A stretch of DNA of 32,000 nucleotides from Cuniculiplasma divulgatum (GTDB lineage: Archaea > Thermoplasmatota > Thermoplasmata > Thermoplasmatales > Thermoplasmataceae), in contig NZ_LT671858.1 in NCBI RefSeq assembly GCF_900083515.1, positions 1,740,001-1,772,000 of the forward strand. The letters run 5' to 3'. This document shows, in pieces, positions 8,514-17,466 of this stretch. Numbering within the stretch: position 1 is the first letter of the stretch; the number at the start of each line of letters is the position of its first letter. The notes under the pieces were generated by a model. The model saw nothing but the letters and a program-made list of their open reading frames with translations. It made no database searches and had not been told where the DNA came from. The position numbers were made by a program, and so were the translations under genes.

Positions 8514-8966
8514 CTATGCCCTCTCCATGCGGAGGGAAAAGGTATTGGCACCTCTGTCCACAGGCGTTAATTCCCCACTGTCCGTGGGTACTCCGCTCTT
8601 GATCAGAGCGAATTTTCTTATGTTTATTGCGGCATTCAAGTCCCTGTCTATGGTTAAGCCACACTTATCACATGCGTATGTCCTTTTAGATAATTCCATG
8701 TGTTTCATGTATCCACAACTCGAACACATCCTCGTTGAGGGATCAAATCTCCCTATCTCCACTACATTCTTGCCCCTCAGCAATGCCTTGGTTTTCAGCA
8801 TTGCCAGGAAGGAAGACCATCCCGCATCCATTATACTTCCAGCCAGACGATGATTGTTTACCATACCGCTGACGTTCAGGCTCTCGACCCCGATACTGTC
8901 ACACGTTAGGATCAGGATGTCGGATACCTTGTTCTGGAAGTCCTTTCTCTGTTCCGAAATATGCTG
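8514..8966 (-). pseudogene. tnpB: C-terminal half of TnpB (IS605/IS1341 OrfB, RuvC-like plus zinc finger), N-terminus removed by IS3 insertion
   Basis: QRKDFQNKVS, IGVESLNVSGM, DAGWSSF, CSSCG...CDKCG and DRDLNAAINI motifs. The N-terminal 34 residues of ORF 8514-9074 are read-through from the adjoining IS3 end. Confidence 0.75.
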
Positions 8967-9003
8967 TGACATGGACCCCGTTTGTTTAGACAACTTTCCG
9001 GGT

Positions 9004-9879
9004 TCATTCGAGGAGAATGACATGCTCATACCTCCCCATCTGTTTTTCAATCCATTTTCTTCTAAACATTTCATCCTCCATTATCCTGCACTCAAATTCC
9101 TCCGGAGTGAGATAATCCAGTGATGAGTGCGGTCTCACTGAATTGTAGTCATTCACAGCCCACCCGATGTAGGACTCGAACTCGATGTAACTGGAGAAAT
9201 CCCTGGTGTATATATAGTCCTCCTTGAAATGGCCGAAATACGATTCCACATGGCCATCCTCCTCCGGCGTGTTGGGGTGTATTGTCTCGTGCCTTATTCC
9301 CAGGGACCTCAGGTATTCCTCATACCTGTGTGATGTCAGCTGAGAACCGTCGTCCGATCTTATGGACAGATTGGGGATCACGAGGTCAGGGAATTCCGTG
9401 AGGAGGGCACTGTCAAGTGCCAGCAGCATCTCTTCTGTCCTGGACATCATTGAGACAAGGAATCCCCTGACCTTCCTTGAGCAGAGGTCGATGTAGGCGG
9501 TGAAATATACCCACCCTTCTCCGGGTATGTATATCTTTGTGAAGTCGGTCTCCCACGTCCTGTTCAACGTGGAAACGACTACTGCCCTGGGGGCCTTCTC
9601 CCTGGCCACCTTTTTCCTCGCCATGACCAGGTTCATCGCCCTCATGTGCCTCCTGACCCTCTTCCTGTTCACATTGAGGCGGGAACGCCTTATCATTGCC
9701 GTAACCCTTCTCGTACCGTAGGAAGGCCTCTCCTTGATTATTTCGCTGATCCTGGACTCGATGGATGGGTCAAGGGGTATTGACCTCTTCCTGTGTCTGT
9801 AGTACAGGAGGGACCTGCTGTATCCTGAGAGGTCACATGCCCTGCTCCTGCTGATCCCTTCCCCAACAAGGTAGGTCAT
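9004..9879 (-). CDS. IS3 OrfB (DDE/rve transposase)
   Basis: WETDFTKIY, IRSDDGSQL and EEDGHVESYFGHFKED motifs. Confidence 0.9.
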   Translation of the reverse strand: MTYLVGEGISRSRACDLSGYSRSLLYYRHRKRSIPLDPSIESRISEIIKERPSYGTRRVTAMIRRSRLNVNRKRVRRHMRAMNLVMARKKVAREKAPRAVVVSTLNRTWETDFTKIYIPGEGWVYFTAYIDLCSRKVRGFLVSMMSRTEEMLLALDSALLTEFPDLVIPNLSIRSDDGSQLTSHRYEEYLRSLGIRHETIHPNTPEEDGHVESYFGHFKEDYIYTRDFSSYIEFESYIGWAVNDYNSVRPHSSLDYLTPEEFECRIMEDEMFRRKWIEKQMGRYEHVILLE

Positions 9880-10175
9880 CGCATCCCTCCTCTCCTGGAG
9901 AGTTGAGTTTTTTTTAGTGTTTCATTTGCTACAGTCAGTTCTCCTATGATCCTCTTGAGGTTTTCGATCTCCATCTGCACCTTAGCGTCCTTTGATGATC
10001 TGCCTGCTTCAAGTGCAGCTGTGCCTGCTGCAATGAACGCATCCCTCCACTTGTAGAACGCCGATGATCCAACGTCGTATTTCCTGCAGATTTCAGCTAT
10101 AGAGGCGGTGTTGGACAGGGCCTCCATGACAATCCTTGCCTTCTCTTCCCTGGTCCTGTTAGATTTGCCTACCAT
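9876..10175 (-). CDS. IS3 OrfA
   Basis: REEKARIVMEAL...ICRKYDVGSSAFYKWRD. The A8 slippery run (reverse complement of 9908-9915) places OrfB in the -1 frame. Confidence 0.9.
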   Translation of the reverse strand: MVGKSNRTREEKARIVMEALSNTASIAEICRKYDVGSSAFYKWRDAFIAAGTAALEAGRSSKDAKVQMEIENLKRIIGELTVANETLKKTQLSRRGGMR

Positions 10176-10260
10176 GATGAAGCCTCCATGGAATCCGGGA
10201 GGAGATTAAAAATTCCCCCTCTCTTGACTCTCCCCCTATTTAAACCTTTCTCCACTATCA

Positions 10261-10652
10261 AATTGTCTAACTCTAACTAGGTCCAGTACAGGTATCATTC
10301 CAACGAGATGCAGCTTTGCAAGCTTGAGGCTGTCCACCTTATCGTTTTTCTTCTTTGACTTTGTTATCCACGTCATCTCTTTCGGATGGGCCACGGTTAT
10401 GTCATAATATCCAATACCTTTCAATGCGTTAGAAACTGCATACGCAGATCCCGATGCTTCAAACGCTATTCTCGTCTCTTTCGGTATCCTCTTTTCAAAT
10501 TCTCTGTACCCCTCTCCAGTCATGGGGAACCTGAACTGTTCCCTTATGTCTCCATCAGGTGCCATATACGTGGCAAAGCTTTCCTTCTCTCCAAGATCTA
10601 TTCCCACTACAGGACTGTTCATGCGATCAATACGCTTTTTCTGTTTATCCAT
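10261..10652 (-). pseudogene. N-terminal fragment of an IS110-family (DEDD) transposase, truncated by the IS3 element
   Basis: VVGIDLGEKES, AFEASGSAYA and KKNDKVDSLKLAKL motifs. The C-terminal domain is absent, and the ORF tail (10236-10260) is read from the IS3 end. Confidence 0.7.
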
Positions 10653-11081
10653 TTTATCCCTCCCGGCGACTCTTATGGCTGACTGAGAGCCGCACACGGA
10701 AGGCTGACCGCCCAGGGAATTTACTATTCAGTCAAGTACAAATATTTCAATGCCACAAGAGGGGTTCCCAAATTCTATCAAGCTTTCGCCCCTGAAATCA
10801 GCCTCTCCTCCACTTCCACACCTCTAAGCGCCTCTTTGACCGGAATATATTTCACTCTGTCGATAAAGGAAGAGAACATATAACTGTCAGGAAGAGAAGG
10901 GCGAGTATAGCAATAAAAGGATTCACGTTCACTGCTTAATTTGTTGTGCACAGGATCAGTGCTTCAGTTGCCGAATCACGAGCCAACATGATAAAATACT
11001 TGCCATTGTGTAAGCTTTTATGAAGAGAATTCCACAAAATGCAAACACAATTGTTAAGTAGCAATCTGTAATTGTTGAAGC

Positions 11082-11276
11082 ATGTCCTGCGGATGTATGA
11101 ATCAATCAGAAAAAGGAAATGGCAGACACAGCATGCATGATCATGGAAACATGGGCGGCAAATCAGACGACAGCAGTATGACCGCGATGGATATTCTGGA
11201 TATCCGTTACGCAAAGGGTGAGATCAGCATGGAAGATTACAAGAGCATGAAAAGTGAGATTGCATCGAGGCAATAA
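11082..11276 (+). CDS. SHOCT-domain protein with a Cys/His-rich N-terminus
   Basis: C-terminal LDIRYAKGEISMEDYKSMKSEI matches the SHOCT short C-terminal domain. The N-terminus MSCGCMNQ...HSMHDHGNM suggests metal binding. Confidence 0.6.
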   Translation: MSCGCMNQSEKGNGRHSMHDHGNMGGKSDDSSMTAMDILDIRYAKGEISMEDYKSMKSEIASRQ

Positions 11277-11277
11277 T

Positions 11278-11685
11278 ATGGCAACAGAATACAGGAAAAA
11301 CTCCAAATTGACATTTGAAGAGGCGTGTTCTAAGGTACCGGATCTGGTGACGAGGAATGGTTTTGCCGTTCTGGCAGAAATAAAAACCAGTGAAATCCTG
11401 AAAAGCAAAGGTTTCGACTACACTGAACTTAGGACATATGATATCTGCAATGCAGGTCTTGCCAGCAGAGCGCTTGCAATGGATACCAGACTGGAATCAC
11501 TTCTTCCCTGCCACCTCATCGTGAAAAATGCAGGTGATCATTCTGAGATATCAGTTCAACTACCTGGCGAGATATTCCGCACACTCAATTTGAGCCATTC
11601 GAAAGACATGGAACCTTTCCTGGTTGAAGTCGAAACGAAACTCAAGAAGATAGTGAATTCATTCATGGATAATGATTCTATATGA
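11278..11685 (+). CDS. DUF302-family protein
   Basis: By-eye match to the DUF302 pattern (GFAVLAEI...YDICNAGLASRAL...LLPCHLIV). ATG at 11278 within track ORF 11254-11685. Confidence 0.6.
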   Translation: MATEYRKNSKLTFEEACSKVPDLVTRNGFAVLAEIKTSEILKSKGFDYTELRTYDICNAGLASRALAMDTRLESLLPCHLIVKNAGDHSEISVQLPGEIFRTLNLSHSKDMEPFLVEVETKLKKIVNSFMDNDSI

Positions 11686-12443
11686 ATTCAAAAAAGTTAG
11701 GTTCCGGAATGTTGACTCCTGCTGTTATGAAGATAATGGCTGATAACCTGAATAAGTCATCACAAACAATTGATCCAAGGACGACTGCATTGTATCAAAA
11801 AGTTCTGCAGAACCTAGGTCCCGAGCGTTCTATAATCGACATAGGAAGCGGAGTCGGCAGATTTGCAATACCATTGGCGCAGGCAGGATGTTCCGTGACA
11901 GCATTTGAACCAAGCGAGGAGATGCGCACGCGACTCCTTTCGACAGCTGAGAAAGAAGGTGTTTTGCCAAACATAAATGTAGTTCCGGATTCTTGGCCAA
12001 CAAAGAAAACGGTAAACGCTGAAGTCACTTTCGCATCCTTTGTAATTCAATTTGCCAATGACCCCATTGAATTTATACTTGCGATGGAGCGTTCCGCAAG
12101 CAGGAAATGCATACTGGCTGTCCATGTGGATCAGATGTTGGGATTCCTGAAGGACGTCTGGCCCGTGTTTCGCCCTTCTGAGCCCATACCGACCATGCTG
12201 GCTTTCCCGGAAATTTATTCAACAATGCTGGACATGGGCATCATCGCCGATGTCTCCATCCTCAGTGAGCAAAGAGAGATCAACATGCCTGAACCGGCTC
12301 AGATCATGGAAATACTCTCTGATCTATTGGGATTACGCGATGATCCTCACGAGATGAAACTGCTGAAAGAGATGCTTATGTCAAGAAAGGATACGGTAAA
12401 ACAGCAGAGGAATATACGTACGGCCATCATCTCATGGCCCTGA
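11682..12443 (+). CDS. class I SAM-dependent methyltransferase
   Basis: Motif I IIDIGSGVGRFAIPLAQAGCSVTAFEPS; overlaps the upstream stop (ATGA). Confidence 0.7.
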   Translation: MNSKKLGSGMLTPAVMKIMADNLNKSSQTIDPRTTALYQKVLQNLGPERSIIDIGSGVGRFAIPLAQAGCSVTAFEPSEEMRTRLLSTAEKEGVLPNINVVPDSWPTKKTVNAEVTFASFVIQFANDPIEFILAMERSASRKCILAVHVDQMLGFLKDVWPVFRPSEPIPTMLAFPEIYSTMLDMGIIADVSILSEQREINMPEPAQIMEILSDLLGLRDDPHEMKLLKEMLMSRKDTVKQQRNIRTAIISWP

Positions 12444-12672
12444 AGAGTCGCACCAGTGTTATGGAGGATAAGAAGCATGGGATTGCCAATTAGAAGAAGA
12501 TTTCTCTGAAGCCCAATTTAGCGCGTAACACGTCTTTATACCTTTCTGTGATTCTTCATTATTGATATTGAAGAGTGACCTTGTCACCATGAATGAAAGG
12601 CTTATGGAGTTCAATCGGAGAAATAAATGAAGGAATCTACGGAAATCTATGGGGACTGTAAGGTTGGTTGAA

Positions 12673-13308
12673 ATGTTGTTGGAAGGCATAATGATTCTTT
12701 GATTTGCACCGACACTCCCTTTTCTCCTGTTCGTTGCATTAGATATCAGATCCACTCCTGAAAATCCCGTGCTAAAGCTTTAATTTGTACTTGTAACTGC
12801 ATACACTGGCCCCATTGGCGCCTTCCTGTATGTGCTCGGGTGACGTGAACCCTTGCCAGGATTACATGAAAGATATGTTTCGATTAGATGGCGCCGGGTG
12901 TTGGGCTCCACAATCCATTGTGTAGCCGGAGACGGGCTTGGTATCATGGCTGGTGCGATAATCAGATCATTTGCACATCTGCCACCACCCGTTAAGATAA
13001 TCCTTGAATATCTGCTAGGATTCGGCTTTGATCGGTCTATATTCCGGTCGCTTTTCATGAAAGATGTGTCCGGAGGTTTGTATAGACATTCTTTGTCAGG
13101 CACCTTCATTCCGGAGTTGCTTTCGATGAACTTACTGATGTCTGGAATGGTGCCGGTCTCAAACATATTGTTCTCAAATATTGTAGGGAGTCATGATCCT
13201 GCCTCCTGTGCTTTCAGGTTCATAATGTCAATGGCCTTGCTTGCAGGACCGGCGTTGGCATATCCAATGAACCGGCAGCTTGTATCTAAGAGGCTAAACA
13301 TGGTATGA
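12673..13308 (+). pseudogene. DUF4396-like membrane protein gene, apparently decayed at its 5' end (three in-frame stops)
   Basis: 12853-13308 encodes STIHCVAGDGLG...PMNRQLVSKRL, resembling DUF4396 (HC..GC..GE ... PVNRWL). The same frame upstream is hydrophobic but interrupted by TGA 12700-12702, TAA 12781-12783 and TGA 12841-12843. Confidence 0.45.
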
Positions 13309-13499
13309 TGACTGTCGGGCGTTCTGGTGAGCTTACCAGAAATGGAGAGAGTGATTCTAAACATCCTCAAATGCTGCATCACGGAGAAAAAGAAGCAAAT
13401 AAACCTGTTACCAGGAAGGCGATCGCATTGATGGCCACCACTTCATTCCTGATGTTAGTTATTGGATTAATCATTACCGGGATATTTGCGTCACTATAA
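13305..13499 (+). CDS. small protein with a C-terminal TM helix
   Basis: ATGA overlap with the preceding ORF; ALMATTSFLMLVIGLIITGIFASL helix; no family recognised. Confidence 0.3.
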   Translation: MMTVGRSGELTRNGESDSKHPQMLHHGEKEANKPVTRKAIALMATTSFLMLVIGLIITGIFASL

Positions 13500-13561
13500 T
13501 CCTACTAACTGGCCTGCCATTTTCACACCCTTATCATTAACTTTCAAACACTTGTGGATTA

Positions 13562-14255
13562 TAGTGTAAGACATAACTATATGGACTTATTCGTGTTTTC
13601 ACATCCATGTCAAGAGTAAGTCGGATTGAAGTGAAGAGACATCTTCAGGCATCGGAGCTTCGGCGGCTGATAAGGGAAGAACAGAAGAGAGGAAAAATCA
13701 TCCAGAGGCTCATCTTCATCAATGATCTCTATGATGAAAAGAGCGTTCCTGAGGCTGCGAAGCATGCTGGCGTCGTTAAGACAATAGCGTATGAATGGCT
13801 GAGGAGGTGGAACGAATCCGGATATGAGGGTCTTATTCCGAGGTATGCAGGTGGCAAACCCTCCAAACTTTCCACAGATCAGAAGAGCGAGTTGAAATCG
13901 CTGCTGGAAGCAAAGGATCTGTGGTCACTCAGGGAGATAGAGGATCTCATAAGAGAGAGATTTCAGGTTCAATATTCTGAGAGGCAGGTACGCAGAATGC
14001 TGAAGGGCATGAAGATGAAGCATGCAAAACCCTATCAGGTGGATTACAGGAAGCCAAATGATGCAAGGGAAAAACTAAAAAAAACTCGGTTCGGTTGATC
14101 CTCAGAGCATGATCATAGGATTCTTCGATGAATCCGCCCCACAGACCACATCAAATACAGTAAGGATGTGGTCCTTCCGTAAGCCGGTAATCTTGAAGAA
14201 CACAACAAAGTTCAGGGCCAATACCTTCGGTTTCTACGCTTTCAATGGAAGATAA
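13562..14255 (+). mobile_element. 5' fragment of a third IS630-family element, truncated inside the DDE domain
   Basis: HTH ORF 13607-14098, then the A8 tract (14073-14080) and a +1 frame reading ...IIGFFDESAPQTTSNTVRMWSF...ANTFGFYAFNG that stops at 14253-14255. The downstream two thirds of the transposase and the right IR are missing. The left end is assumed near TAGTGTAAGAC (13562). Confidence 0.7.
13607..14098 (+). pseudogene. IS630 transposase N-terminal HTH part (element is truncated)
   Basis: AAKHAGVVKTIAYEWLRRWNESGYEGL and SLREIEDLI... HTH regions, with the same organisation as 418-918. Confidence 0.8.
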
Positions 14256-15345
14256 TAGACCAGACGTGATTATTTGTACAATGCCTAGTGATATTGAAGA
14301 ATATTGCGGCATTTCAGAGAAAACTCGTGGTGCGAAAAGACCGAAATTTACTCCGGAAGAGAAGTTGATCTCAGAATTGAAGGCTAAGGGTAATAAATTT
14401 CTGGACGAATGGGGGCTGGAAGTTCAAGACCCAACAGAGAGGGACCTTGATTTGGACTTTCATAATGCGCTTAAGGGGAAAGTTATGGAATTTGGCATCC
14501 CGATTCAACTGCTTCGTGAATCCACTGCCAGGGGGTTTGTTGATTTTGGTAACCCCTCGGTTAAACGAATTCAGGAGCCGGCCACTTTCGCCTATAACTT
14601 TGCCACAGCATTGTACTATAAAGCCAATGGAAAACCGTGGCGCCTGGCTAAATTGAGACAGGACACCTGCTACGTTGGAATATCTTTTTTTCACAACTTA
14701 TTGAGCCCAAAGTTTGATGTTGAAACATCGATGGCACAAGTTTTCACACATAATGGAGAAGGAATGGTCTTACGAGGTGCTGATGTTGTAATAGATAAAC
14801 GCACAAAAGAACCTCACATGAGCAAAAGACAGGCATATGAATTAATGAAAGAAGCTTTGAAATCCTATGAAGAGAGAGCGGGGAGGCAACCTTCTCGTGT
14901 TGTAATTCACAAAAAGACGACATTTTATGACGTCGAAAGAGAAGGTTTCATGGAAGCTATAGGAAATCAGTCGCACGACTTTGTTGCAATAACTGATAGG
15001 CATTCTTACAGATTCGCTCGAACAGGGCAGTATCCGGTCTTAAGAGGGACAGGAATACGTCTTTCAGAAAGAAGATGGCTTTTGTACACCTCAGGCTATA
15101 TTCCAAGAGTGAGAACCTATCCAGGACATAGAATTCCTAGCCCATTGCTTCTGAATCATCAAGGAGACTCTCAGATTAATGAAATATGCGAGGAAATCTT
15201 AGGTCTGACTAAATTGAACTGGAACACCACATCATTTGCCACTATATGGCCCATCACGCTTGAATTCTCTAAGGATGTAGGAAAGGTCTTATCCGAGTTG
15301 CCTGAAGGTTCTCCAATACAGAATCACTATAGATTTTATATGTAA
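14245..15345 (+). CDS. prokaryotic Argonaute remnant: partial MID plus complete PIWI domain, short-pAgo-like, predicted catalytically inactive, about 100 aa missing at the N-terminus
   Basis: MID pocket pattern FHNALK / IPIQLL / YYKANGKPWRL (H-x3-K, Q, K). PIWI blocks YVGISFFH, RVVIHKKTTF, LYTSGYIPR and TKLNWNTTSF, with C-terminal HYRFYM. The acidic catalytic positions are replaced: S where GxDV is expected and KK where RDG is expected. The ORF begins at the junction with the truncated IS630. Confidence 0.75.
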   Translation: MEDNRPDVIICTMPSDIEEYCGISEKTRGAKRPKFTPEEKLISELKAKGNKFLDEWGLEVQDPTERDLDLDFHNALKGKVMEFGIPIQLLRESTARGFVDFGNPSVKRIQEPATFAYNFATALYYKANGKPWRLAKLRQDTCYVGISFFHNLLSPKFDVETSMAQVFTHNGEGMVLRGADVVIDKRTKEPHMSKRQAYELMKEALKSYEERAGRQPSRVVIHKKTTFYDVEREGFMEAIGNQSHDFVAITDRHSYRFARTGQYPVLRGTGIRLSERRWLLYTSGYIPRVRTYPGHRIPSPLLLNHQGDSQINEICEEILGLTKLNWNTTSFATIWPITLEFSKDVGKVLSELPEGSPIQNHYRFYM

Positions 15346-15580
15346 TGAGGTGCCATTATCTCCAAATACTGTCTGTGAATCTCTCTGCTCAACGTACAGA
15401 ACGGTTAAATATCTTGACCAGCTATTCAATTGTTGTCGAAAGGCAAAATGATTCCAAAGGCAGCAAAGAGAGTGCAATCCGCCTTTGATAAAGAGGGTAC
15501 GCCAGAAGCTCAAGCTGCCAAAGGAAGAGTAATGTCAGTTACTGCGAAAGGAAGTAAGAAGAAATAGACTCACATAAGCT

Positions 15581-15811
15581 CTATGTTTTCTTGTAAGAGG
15601 TAGTGAAAATAGAGGTTTTGCCATCTATACCGGCGAATTCGTTGCATTTTATTATCCTACTCTCGCTGAGGAGCGCATTTATTGAAGCTTCATAGAGTTT
15701 TCCTAGAAGTTGATTGAGGATCGGAGAGAAAGTGTAGTCTTTTCCGAACGTTGAATGCATTATTTCAACACAGTTTTTGCAGCTGCTGTCAATTCCTAGG
15801 GTAATTTTTGA
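15581..15811 (-). pseudogene. C-terminal part of a small ORF abutting the IS4-like element (possible continuation of the fragment at 17341-17466)
   Basis: Track ORF 15581-15856. Residues upstream of 15811 are read from the IS inverted repeat. No family recognised. Confidence 0.3.
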
Positions 15812-17340
15812 TTTAAGCCTTAACTCACCCTTTTTTACGTAATATGTCCAGATCAATCTTCATATCAGACACCAGGTCTTTTGCTTTTTTAGGGAGTTCA
15901 CTCATGATCTCCTGTTTCTCAAACCTGTACATCTTGATTCTTGACAGGATCAGGAGAACATCCCTGACGCTGTATTTCCCGTCCAGCATATTGAGGATCT
16001 GGAAGTGCAGATACAGGGACAGAAGGTTCAGGAACATGTACGTGAACATCATGTGGTCGTCCCTCAGGTATGATCTATCGGCCTCAAGATCGTTCTTGTA
16101 AACATTGAAGGCGTATTCCACGTATTCACGCTGCTTGTAAAGCCGGTATACCCTTTCAGGATCCTCATTCAGGTCGGAGAGAAGATAGAGCTTTCCAAAA
16201 TTGATCTCGTTTTCATCGAACTGTTTCCCGATCCTCTTATTCTCCTCTATTCTCAGGAGAAAGTCCTTCTCCTCCTCGCTTTTCAGGATGGGATCCTCGA
16301 ATATGTACACATCATTTTCACGTTTCCAGTACTTGACAGGTTTCCCGTCATAACGGAAAACACCCGTGAAACCATCAGCATCGGGTATCAGTGACGAATT
16401 CCTCCTCAATGGTATGATGTAGCTGAGACGTTTATTCTCCAGCTTCCTTATGTTATCAGGGGAGAAGAATCCCTTATCGGCAACGATCACGCATTTCTCT
16501 ACGCCTGCCATGTCAATGGTCTTTGACATGGCTGAAACGTCCCTTATTGATCCTGGAAGTATCCTCACGAACGTGGGCATTGTCCTGGTGGATGAAAACA
16601 GTATCATGACATTGATCTGTGGAAGATGCATGCCCTTTGAGTTGTGGCCCAGTTCAAGGAATGACATGTTCTCCGACCTGGAGAATACTGCCGTTGAATC
16701 CATGAGAACGTATTCGCCCTTCTCCGTCAGTTCTCGCATGACCCTGATGCTCTGGTCCTCTGGCAGGGAAGAGAGCATCCTTGACAGCGAATCGGGAGAC
16801 ATGCTCTCGTCCATTACCCTGGAGAGGTATGTCTTCTCATACAGGTAATGCACGGATTTCATTGGCAATGGCTGTATGTTCCTCAGAATGACGTAAGATA
16901 TGATGCGTTCCCACATGGTGGGATATATCTCCTTCAGCACGGGGATGATTGTCTTCTCAGCTATGCCATACAGCAGTGAAATATTCCCGTATTCATGATC
17001 GGATCTCGGAAGCCCCATGGATCGGGGCTTCACTATTCCCTCATGGGTTACGACGCCAAGGTACTGTCCGGTGATCTTGTCGGCCCTCTTCTTCTCCCTG
17101 TTCCATTTGCTGGACATCTCATAGGCATAGTAATTCTGTCCGGATACCCGGATTTCGACACCTTTTGTCTTGTATTTCCTGACCCAGTCGGGGAGAACAA
17201 CCATATTACATAGTATACGTAATATGTATAAAGATCTTTCGCATTAAGGCAGAGATGCCATAAAATAGGCATTCGGTGGAGATTGAAATGCAGGAATATG
17301 TGCGGCCTATTACACAAAAAACACGGAGTTAAGGGTTAAA
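15812..17340 (-). mobile_element. IS4-superfamily insertion sequence (IS1634/ISH3-like), 1529 bp
   Basis: Terminal inverted repeats TTTAAGCCTTAACTCACCCTTTTTTACGTAAT (15812-15843) against the reverse complement of 17309-17340 (25/32 identical). No flanking direct duplication detected. Confidence 0.75.
15825..17204 (-). CDS. DDE transposase, IS4 superfamily
   Basis: 459 aa; LMDSTAVFS, IVADKGFFS and the exact Y-x2-R-x3-E-x6-K signature in YKQREYVEYAFNVYK. Confidence 0.85.
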   Translation of the reverse strand: MVVLPDWVRKYKTKGVEIRVSGQNYYAYEMSSKWNREKKRADKITGQYLGVVTHEGIVKPRSMGLPRSDHEYGNISLLYGIAEKTIIPVLKEIYPTMWERIISYVILRNIQPLPMKSVHYLYEKTYLSRVMDESMSPDSLSRMLSSLPEDQSIRVMRELTEKGEYVLMDSTAVFSRSENMSFLELGHNSKGMHLPQINVMILFSSTRTMPTFVRILPGSIRDVSAMSKTIDMAGVEKCVIVADKGFFSPDNIRKLENKRLSYIIPLRRNSSLIPDADGFTGVFRYDGKPVKYWKRENDVYIFEDPILKSEEEKDFLLRIEENKRIGKQFDENEINFGKLYLLSDLNEDPERVYRLYKQREYVEYAFNVYKNDLEADRSYLRDDHMMFTYMFLNLLSLYLHFQILNMLDGKYSVRDVLLILSRIKMYRFEKQEIMSELPKKAKDLVSDMKIDLDILRKKG

Positions 17341-17466
17341 CTGCTCTAGGTCCATCTTTAGAACTATTCCGTCAAAAGATGTCATACCAGCCACCTTGAC
17401 TAGGCCATATTCGGAACCATAATAAATTTTGCTGACGTCCAGTTTCTGATAAGCATTGGCATTCAC
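17341..17466 (-). pseudogene. N-terminal part of a small ORF translationally coupled to the 472-aa ORF, cut by the IS4-like element
   Basis: GTG at 17464-17466 overlaps the upstream stop (GTGAGTGA). It reads 42 codons (NANAYQKLDVSKIYYGSEYGLVKVAGMTSFDGIVLKMDLEQ), then runs into the IS inverted repeat. Confidence 0.3.

Larger units (their letters stand above)
8967..10260 (-). mobile_element. second IS3-family insertion sequence (visibly more GC-rich than its surroundings); ends approximate
   Basis: Contains the OrfA/OrfB pair. The putative left end TGATAGTGGAGAAAGGTTTAAATAGGGGGAGAGTCAAG (reverse complement of ~10223-10260) resembles the IRL of the first IS3. The right end ...GGGGTCCATGTCA is near 8967-8980. 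No matching target duplication is seen. Confidence 0.65.

Noticed and set aside
12459-13382. Minus-strand ORFs 12459-12755, 12780-13166 and 13191-13382
   Set aside because: No recognisable motifs. The plus strand of the same DNA carries the DUF4396-like reading frame, so these are most likely antisense artefacts.
15448-15567. 39-codon ORF MIPKAAKRVQSAFDKEGTPEAQAAKGRVMSVTAKGSKKK downstream of the pAgo remnant
   Set aside because: It is short, has no recognisable family, and has no clear upstream signal. It could be real but the sequence alone does not support a call.
15803-17350. Target-site duplication for the IS4-like element
   Set aside because: The flanks (AATTTTTGA on the left, CTGCTCTAG on the right) do not match. 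CTAGG occurs on both sides but not adjacent to the ends. The two flanks may therefore not have been contiguous originally, which weakens the 118-aa ORF reconstruction.
8971-17354. GGTCCAT heptamers near other IS boundaries (8971-8977 on the reverse strand, 17348-17354) as evidence that ISs target the repeat end
   Set aside because: A 7-mer is expected several times by chance in 32 kb on two strands. The surrounding sequence does not match the 40-mer.
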